Positions 6,793-12,093 of a DNA stretch of 12,093 bases are shown here, one piece after another; the first letter of the stretch is position 1, and each line of letters begins with the position of its first letter. The notes below the pieces were generated by a model that saw only the letters and a list, made by a program, of their open reading frames with translations, ran no database searches and had not been told where the DNA came from. This DNA is from a virus, in the IMG/VR virus record IMGVR_UViG_3300012992_000322; one strand, given 5' to 3'. The translations under genes were made by a program, and so were the position numbers.

Positions 6793-7356
6793 ATGAAAGT
6801 TTCAGAGAAATTTACAACCGAAAATTTATTTGATGAAATGAATAAAATACACCCGTTTCCATTTATCAGTTTGTTTAATGCTGATAAAATGAACTTGTTT
6901 TATATCAATACATACGGGGATAGAACACTTTCAAAAATGGGTAGAAATTTAACCATTCCCGAAATTGCAAATATTTTAGTAAATTTGTACGGGGAAAAGT
7001 GGGATAAAATTTATGAAAGTATTTTAGTTGATTTTCCTATTCTTGAAAACTATGTTGAAACAGTAACAGAGAGAACAAACGAAACGGGAAATAGTACCAA
7101 CAATACAACCGAAACAAACGTTGAAAAAGTTAGTGCTTATAATGATAATGATTTTGTAAATGATGAACAAAGCACGAACACTAACGAAATGAAAATGAAT
7201 AATGAAAATGTTATTGAAAAAACGTATGAAAAAAGGATAACAGAAAATGCTACAAAAAATTTAGAAAATGCGTTAAACTACTTGCAAAATAACGTTATTT
7301 ATTATATAATATTCTCAGATGTAAATGATGTAATTACATTAAACATTTTTGATTAA
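6793..7356 (+). CDS. Hypothetical structural protein (187 aa) with an N/T/E-rich low-complexity centre, a scaffold or collar candidate
   Basis: Strong [16 protein letters not shown]. It lies immediately upstream of the major capsid gene, the position of gp7 scaffold in phi29. The function is not recognisable from the sequence. Confidence 0.6.
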   Translation: MKVSEKFTTENLFDEMNKIHPFPFISLFNADKMNLFYINTYGDRTLSKMGRNLTIPEIANILVNLYGEKWDKIYESILVDFPILENYVETVTERTNETGNSTNNTTETNVEKVSAYNDNDFVNDEQSTNTNEMKMNNENVIEKTYEKRITENATKNLENALNYLQNNVIYYIIFSDVNDVITLNIFD

Positions 7357-7378
7357 ATGAAAGTGAGGTAATTTAAAA

Positions 7379-8557
7379 ATGGAAGTTAAGCAGATTTATG
7401 CATTAATCAACAATGTAACAACTGAAATTTTGGGTAAGTCTGATTTAGTAAAAGAGGATTTGTCAAACGTTGTTGAAGTTGGTACAGAAATTTTCGGTGC
7501 AACAGAGGTTGACGGGTATGTTAAAAGTCTTGTAAATCATATCGGTAAAGTTATCTTTGTAAACAGACCGTATACGGGTAACATTCCGTCACTTATTATG
7601 GATAGTTGGGAATTTGGTAGTGTACTTGAAAAAATTAGTGCTGATATTCCAAACGCAACAGAAAATGAAAGTTGGGAACTTGAAAACGGTAGAGAATACA
7701 AACAGGATATTTTTTATAAGCCCTCTGTATCCGCAAAGTTCTTTAACAAAATGGTAACTTTTGAAGTGCCTATGTCCTTTACTGAAAAGCAAGTTAAACA
7801 GTCTTTCAGTTCCGCAAGTCAGTTGAACGGTTTTGTATCTATGATTTACAATGCAGTTGATAAATCTATGACTGTAAAAATTGATAGTCTTGTAATGCGA
7901 ACTATCAATAATATGATTGGTGAAACTGTATGGGCAGAATTTGCAACAGGAGAAAAAACAAAAGCACTTCCTGCAACATTTGCAAATTCCACGGGAACAA
8001 AAGCAGTAAATTTACTGAAACTTTACAATGATAAATTCGGTACAACTTTAACTGCTGAAAAGTGCATGACAGATAGTGACTTTATCAGATTTGCAAGTTA
8101 TACAATGGCTCTTTATGTTGACCGTCTTTCAAAAATTTCTACACTTTTCAACGTAGGGGGCAAGGAACGTTTTACAAGTTCTGAATACCTGCATATTGTA
8201 ATGTTGTCTGAATTTAAGAGCGGTGCAACTGCTTATTTGTCAAGTGATACATACCATGAAAATTATGTATCACTTCCAAATAGTGAAAGCGTTCCATATT
8301 GGCAGAGTTCGGGAACTGATTATAGTTTTGCAAACACTTCAAAAATTACTGTTAGAACTGCAACGGGCAATGATGTAACTATTGGTGGCATTCTTGCAAT
8401 CATGTTTGACCGTGATAGCATGGGCGTTTGTAATTCTGACAGACGTGTAACAACTAACTACAATGCAAAAGCAGAGTTTTTCAATAATTATTACAAATTT
8501 GACGCAAGTTATTTTAATGATTTGAATGAAAACTTTGTTGTGTTCTTTGTTGCGTAA
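7379..8557 (+). CDS. Major capsid protein, phi29 gp8-like (lacking the C-terminal Ig-like domain)
   Basis: [35 protein letters not shown] parallels the remembered gp8 [62 protein letters not shown] parallels [27 protein letters not shown]. It has a strong RBS and a strong downstream terminator. Confidence 0.85.
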   Translation: [392 protein letters not shown]

Positions 8558-8575
8558 GTAACAGTTACTGTTAGA

Positions 8576-8609
8576 CGGGTAACGGGAATAAACCCGTTGC
8601 CCGTTTTTT
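8576..8609 (+). terminator. Strong intrinsic terminator after the capsid gene
   Basis: CGGGTAACGGG / CCCGTTGCCCG forms an 11-bp stem (one G-U pair) with loop AATAAA, followed by T6 (8604..8609). Confidence 0.8.
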
Positions 8610-8631
8610 ATATGAAAGTGAGGTACACAAA

Positions 8632-9069
8632 ATGTTAATGAAAATGTATGATACAAAAAGCAGTAACAACACTATAAATAAAGTATTAGAAAATGAACAT
8701 GAATTTGATATAAAATTTAAAGATAAAACCGATATTGTAAACCCCGTTGTTATTTTGCATAGTTCAAAATTGATACTTTCAAACTATGCTTATATACCCG
8801 ATTTTCATAGATATTATTTTGTTGATAAAATAGAACTTTTTCCGAATAGTGTTTATAATATAACTTTGCGTTGTGATGTTTTGGAAAGTTTTAAAGATGA
8901 TATTTTAGCAAGTTCGGGTTTTATAAATCAGCAATCACAAAACGTTAATAAATACTATAATTCTAACTATCAATCAGAGGTTAGAAAAGAAGTTGATTTG
9001 TATAAATCAAATGTAACAATTCCCGTTGATGTAAAATCAACAATACTTGTAACAATCGGGGGTGTTTAA
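8632..9069 (+). CDS. Tail knob / distal tube protein, N-terminal-domain-only ORF (phi29 gp9 N-terminus-like, 145 aa)
   Basis: NYAYIPDFHRYYFVDKIELFPNSVYNITLRCDVLESFKDDI parallels the remembered gp9 [63 protein letters not shown]. Confidence 0.55.
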   Translation: MLMKMYDTKSSNNTINKVLENEHEFDIKFKDKTDIVNPVVILHSSKLILSNYAYIPDFHRYYFVDKIELFPNSVYNITLRCDVLESFKDDILASSGFINQQSQNVNKYYNSNYQSEVRKEVDLYKSNVTIPVDVKSTILVTIGGV

Positions 9070-9071
9070 AT

Positions 9072-10088
9072 ATGGCAACTTACAAGGTATCAATAACGGG
9101 AACATTAAAAAATTGTACTTGTAATTATTCAGACGGGGAAGTAATAACAAATGATAAACCAAATATTATTTTAACTGCTAATAACGGTTATGAATTTGAC
9201 GGGGAATTTTTATATAAATCAGGTCCAGTAACAAATATATTTAAGAATAGTACAGATAAAACAACATTAACTGCTTCTATTTCAAACGGTCGTAATTATA
9301 TTTTAAATGATGAATATATTGCAGTAAAAAAAGTTGAAAAAATCGGGGAATTTACCCGACTTTATAACCCTGTTGAAAGTGAATTAGCGGAACTTGCAAA
9401 AGTGCGTTTTCAGAATGATGTTGATATGGGGCAATATATAACTGCATTGTTTAAAATTCCGTTTGAAATTCCTACTGATTTAATTACAAATGAAAAACGT
9501 AACATTGTTTTAGGAAAATTTGATACAAATGTTAGTGTTAACGGTTTAACTACTTATAACATGGTTGTCGATATTGGTGTAATTACAGTACCCGAAAAGT
9601 ACGAAAATGTTTATGATTATATTGATACAGAATGTATATTAAATTTACCATATTTTGACAAGGTTTATTTAAGTAATGAATTTGTTATAGGGCAAACGGT
9701 AAGAATTGAATACATTATTGACTTGTATAGCGGTAACGCAACGTGTAACATTTATAGCAGTTTCACGGGGGGTATTGTTGAAAGTACAAACGGGGTTATT
9801 TGTTGTAACATTCCATTTGTACAAAAAACAAACAATAGTGTTGTTGGGTTAATCAGCAATATTAACAAGAATATTATTGATACTGCATACATTGAAGTTA
9901 TAAGAAATAAACCGTATAACGTTGAAACGGTGTTCGGTGCTGAAACTATTGACTTTGGTGTTATTGGAGATTATACGGGATATATTGAAGTTTCTGACGT
10001 TGTATTAAATTCAAGTGCTACAAATGAAGAAAAGAACGAAATAACCGACTTGTTAAAAGAAGGTGTGACGATAAATGAAAACAACTGA
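9072..10088 (+). CDS. Tail protein (338 aa), possibly the remainder of a split gp9-like tail knob, or a collar protein
   Basis: It starts 2 nt after the stop of the preceding ORF (TAAatATG). The C-terminal VVLNSSATNEEKNEITDLLKEGVTI resembles the gp9 C-terminal FISGDINNNDLQEIRTIFDNGITLW. The rest was not recognised. Confidence 0.4.
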   Translation: MATYKVSITGTLKNCTCNYSDGEVITNDKPNIILTANNGYEFDGEFLYKSGPVTNIFKNSTDKTTLTASISNGRNYILNDEYIAVKKVEKIGEFTRLYNPVESELAELAKVRFQNDVDMGQYITALFKIPFEIPTDLITNEKRNIVLGKFDTNVSVNGLTTYNMVVDIGVITVPEKYENVYDYIDTECILNLPYFDKVYLSNEFVIGQTVRIEYIIDLYSGNATCNIYSSFTGGIVESTNGVICCNIPFVQKTNNSVVGLISNINKNIIDTAYIEVIRNKPYNVETVFGAETIDFGVIGDYTGYIEVSDVVLNSSATNEEKNEITDLLKEGVTINENN

Positions 10089-10446
10089 TAAATTAGATGT
10101 TAAAGAAATAGAGTATGGAATATATTCTTATATTGTGCAAGATTTTGCAGAATACTTTAACAATCGTATGAACATTTACAAAGGTGTTGTTATGTATCTT
10201 GATACTATAACTAATCAGCATTTAATAACTACAACAACCAATAATATTTATGATGAATATAAAACATTTTGTGAAAATGAAAATATCAATTGTTTAAAAC
10301 CCAAATCATTTGCTAATGTTATGACGGGTATGTGTGGTTTTATAATCACACGTACAAGTCATAGAAACGGAAAAGATAAAAACGGTAAAGAAATACGCAA
10401 GTTTGAAACGTATTATGAAATGGGGGGTAAAAATGAAAATTCTTGA
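10075..10446 (+). CDS. Small protein (123 aa) with a winged-helix domain of the P4/D5 primase C-terminal type, a putative DNA-binding protein
   Basis: IYDEYKTFCENENINCLKPKSFANVMTGMCGFIITRTSHRNGK fits the Y-x-x-Y-x-x-(W/F)-C...(S/K)-x-x-x-F...R pattern of phage/plasmid primase C-terminal domains. It overlaps both neighbouring genes. Confidence 0.4.
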   Translation: MKTTDKLDVKEIEYGIYSYIVQDFAEYFNNRMNIYKGVVMYLDTITNQHLITTTTNNIYDEYKTFCENENINCLKPKSFANVMTGMCGFIITRTSHRNGKDKNGKEIRKFETYYEMGGKNENS

Positions 10447-11299
10447 TGATGTTTTAGCACTAAAATTAGTTTACAATATTCAAAATGAAATAGATGTTGA
10501 ACAATCATATAATAAATTGATTAAAATGTGTGAACATATTGTAAAATGGTTTTTGCGTAAATATACCCCTATTATTCTAAAGTACGATTTAATTTATGAT
10601 GATGTGAAACAAGAAATGTATATAAGGTTATTACAAGCAGTTAAAAGTTGCCCCGTTAATTGTAAAAATTTTTATAATTGGTTAATGCCACATTTACGGG
10701 GTAGTTGTTTAAACTATTTCAAGTTTAATACTAATAGAATTACACCATATAGCAAAAACAAAGAAAAACGATTAGAAGAATTTAAAAGTTTTTCGTTAAA
10801 TAATAATATCAATGAAGAAAATGAATATCTTGATTTGCTGGCATATAATGATAGTTCTATAAATGATTTTCTTGACCATGATTATAACAAATATATCTAT
10901 GCAAAATTAAAAGGTTTTTTGTATTATCGTTTTGAAAATATAAATGTTGATTTATATTTTGATTTTTATAAATTAACTTTTAATGAATTAGAACATAAAT
11001 ATAAAAAACCGATTTTAAATATTATGCGTTACTGTACATTTATTACAACCGTTCTAAAAACTGATTATGATTTTAAAATATTTTGTGAAAAGTATTTAAA
11101 AGAAATTATAACTGAAAGACGTTTTAAACAATGGGAATATCAAAATAAAATTAATGGTAAAATTGATGTTACACACCTTTTAAATGATGAAATAGTAACA
11201 AATTTTTCACATACTTCAATATTAAATTTTGAAATTGGTAAAGATGTAAAAATACATAACTATTTTCGTGTACGTTTTCCACAACAAAATTTAATATAA
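10433..11299 (+). CDS. Divergent sigma-70 family (ECF/group-4-like) factor, 288 aa
   Basis: YDDVKQEMYIRLLQAVKSCPVNCKNFYNWLMPHLRGSCLNYFK aligns by eye with ECF region 2 (e.g. AEDIAQEAFIRAYVNIDSFDINRKFSTWLYRIATNLTIDRIRK). A possible region-4 HTH lies around LTFNELEHKYKKPILNIMRY. The ORF is open from TTG 10403, but the GGGGGG SD (10422..10427) favours ATG 10433. Confidence 0.5.
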   Translation: MKILDDVLALKLVYNIQNEIDVEQSYNKLIKMCEHIVKWFLRKYTPIILKYDLIYDDVKQEMYIRLLQAVKSCPVNCKNFYNWLMPHLRGSCLNYFKFNTNRITPYSKNKEKRLEEFKSFSLNNNINEENEYLDLLAYNDSSINDFLDHDYNKYIYAKLKGFLYYRFENINVDLYFDFYKLTFNELEHKYKKPILNIMRYCTFITTVLKTDYDFKIFCEKYLKEIITERRFKQWEYQNKINGKIDVTHLLNDEIVTNFSHTSILNFEIGKDVKIHNYFRVRFPQQNLI

Positions 11300-11316
11300 A
11301 ATTTTGAAAAAAACTA

Positions 11317-11345
11317 TTGCATTTTTCTATTATAAGTAGTATAAT
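11317..11345 (+). promoter_or_regulatory. Right-end promoter: TTGCAT (11317..11322)-17 nt-TATAAT (11340..11345)
   Basis: It has a 5/6 -35, a 17-nt spacer and a perfect -10. Its upstream context AAAATTTTGAAAAAAACTATTGCA is nearly identical to that of the left-end promoter. Confidence 0.65.
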
Positions 11346-11400
11346 AAAGACAGTTAGAAATGTACTAACAAATGAACAAAGAAAAGTGAGGTAAATTATT

Positions 11401-11667
11401 ATGACAAACACAATTAAAATCAAAGTACCTGTAACTACTGTAACAACTGCCATAATGTATAACGATAATACGTGCGAAATTAAAACATTTGATTTATATG
11501 GTAAATACAGTAATGCAAGTGCAAAAAAGTATTTTAAAGAAAACCCCATTGACAATGCAAAAAATGTTACTATTCTTGATACTGTAAAGAATGTTATAAA
11601 CTATGAAATTGAACTTGAAAAACTTTTACCCGTACTTGGTGAAAGTAGTAAAGTAACTGTTGAATAA
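11401..11667 (+). CDS. Hypothetical 88-aa protein in its own promoter-terminator cassette
   Basis: RBS [12 protein letters not shown] sits 7 nt upstream of the ATG. A dedicated promoter lies upstream and a terminator downstream. No family was recognised. Confidence 0.65.
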   Translation: MTNTIKIKVPVTTVTTAIMYNDNTCEIKTFDLYGKYSNASAKKYFKENPIDNAKNVTILDTVKNVINYEIELEKLLPVLGESSKVTVE

Positions 11668-11691
11668 TAACAAAATAATAACACACGAAAC

Positions 11692-11717
11692 ACGTTGTAG
11701 AAATACAACGTTTTTTA
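11692..11717 (+). terminator. Intrinsic terminator of the last gene, abutting the right ITR
   Basis: ACGTTGTA-GAAA-TACAACGT forms an 8-bp stem with a GNRA-type loop, followed by a T-run (11711..11716). Confidence 0.75.
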
Positions 11718-11749
11718 TTGTTCACACGTTCAACTTTTCTACTAATTAT

Positions 11750-11781
11750 CGACACAATTATTGACACAAATTTTGACACAA
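11750..11781. promoter_or_regulatory. Mirror iteron-like array in the right ITR (CGACACAA, TGACACAA, TGACACAA at 12-bp spacing)
   Basis: Reverse complement of 313..344. Confidence 0.45.
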
Positions 11782-11801
11782 TAAATTACACGTGTTATCA
11801 T
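11773..11801 (+). promoter_or_regulatory. Outward-facing promoter in the right ITR (distal copy): TTGACA (11773..11778)-17 nt-TGtTATCAT (11793..11801)
   Basis: Read directly from the sequence. The -35 hexamer is the reverse complement of part of the TTGTGTCAA motif. Confidence 0.4.
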
Positions 11802-11916
11802 TCAAATTTTTTACACACTTTTCACGTTAAAATTTTCGTTGAAAAATTGTATAAATTTTTTGACACAAATTTGTTGAAAATTATGACACAAATTTGTTGA
11901 AAATTTTGTATAAATT

Positions 11917-11945
11917 TTGACACAATAAATTACACGTGTTATCAT
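11917..11945 (+). promoter_or_regulatory. Outward-facing promoter in the right ITR (terminus-proximal copy)
   Basis: Identical sequence 144 bp downstream of the distal copy, within the second copy of the 115-bp module. Confidence 0.4.
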
Positions 11946-11951
11946 TCAAAT

Positions 11952-12078
11952 TTTTTACACACTTTTCACGTTAAAATTTTCGTTGAAAAATTGTATAAAT
12001 TTTTTGACACAAATTTGTTGAAAATTTTGTACAAATTTTTGGTTAAATTTTTGCCCCATTTTTGGGGGGCATTTTTTT
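11952..12078 (+). ncRNA. Candidate ITR-encoded small RNA, right copy (about 125 nt, or about 270 nt from the distal promoter near 11808)
   Basis: Bounded by the predicted promoter and terminator. It has no SD or plausible ORF and is AU-rich with several local palindromes (ACAAATTTGT, TTGTACAA). Expression and function are unverified. Confidence 0.25.
12052..12078 (+). terminator. Outward-facing intrinsic terminator at the right terminus
   Basis: TGCCCC (12052..12057), an 8-nt loop, GGGGCA (12066..12071), then T7 (12072..12078), 15 nt from the genome end. Confidence 0.45.
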
Positions 12079-12093
12079 CAGAGGGGGGGGGAG

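Larger units (their letters stand above)
11768..12026. repeat. Mirror image of the ITR-internal duplication: copies at 11768..11882 and 11912..12026
   Basis: Follows from the perfect ITR symmetry (x -> 12094-x). Checked directly on the right-end sequence. Confidence 0.9.
11721..12093. repeat. Right inverted terminal repeat (ITR), 373 bp
   Basis: Perfect reverse complement of 1..373. It starts immediately after the terminator of the last gene. Confidence 0.97.

Noticed and set aside
9030-9072. Programmed -1 frameshift joining ORFs 8632..9069 and 9072..10088
   Set aside because: No canonical X XXY YYZ slippery heptamer or downstream structure is evident. The TAAatATG arrangement with termination-reinitiation coupling is the simpler explanation. 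The possibility is kept only as a caveat within the split tail-knob finding.
11827-11855. Additional weak outward promoter-like matches in the ITR (TTAAAA-17 nt-TATAAA, repeated at 11971..11999), plus other TTGACA hexamers (11761, 11860, 12004, 5089, 9655, 11548) lacking a usable -10
   Set aside because: The -35 or -10 elements are poor, or the spacing is wrong. Such matches are expected at high frequency in DNA of this A+T content.
1-12093. Alternative genetic code 4 (TGA = Trp), as in Mycoplasma/Spiroplasma phages
   Set aside because: The long ORFs tile the genome with no internal TGA. Genes ending in TGA are followed at once by another stop (TGATAA at 10086, TGATGA at 10444) or by a terminator hairpin (after 897). 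TGA therefore behaves as a stop.

Overview
The window appears to be a complete, very A+T-rich linear replicon of 12,093 bp, bounded by perfect 373-bp inverted terminal repeats (ITRs). All 14 credible genes lie on the + strand and are tightly packed. The gene set is that of a miniature phi29-like, protein-primed tailed phage. It comprises a small early protein, an XRE-type HTH regulator, a candidate terminal protein directly upstream of a family-B protein-primed DNA polymerase, a phi29 gp16-like encapsidation ATPase, a gp10-like portal/connector, two small helical or low-complexity head-assembly proteins, a gp8-like major capsid protein, a gp9-like tail knob apparently split into two ORFs, a small winged-helix-like protein, a divergent sigma-70/ECF-like protein, and a separately promoted and terminated 88-aa gene at the right end. 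The standard code fits, with TGA acting as a stop. The least expected structure is inside the ITRs. Each ITR carries a duplicated 115-bp module, seven TTGTGTCA motifs (three phased at 12 bp), a near-consensus sigma-A-type promoter pointing outward in each module copy, and a hairpin plus T7 terminator just inside a C9 tract at the extreme terminus. Together these define a roughly 125-nt (or roughly 270-nt) outward transcription unit present at both ends, which is a candidate packaging RNA or other ncRNA. Other points of interest are a 3 x 60-bp acidic tandem repeat at the portal C-terminus, a phage-borne sigma-like factor, no recognisable holin or endolysin, and G/C-homopolymer termini in an otherwise AT-rich genome. 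All homology statements come from reading motifs by eye against remembered family signatures. No database search was run.
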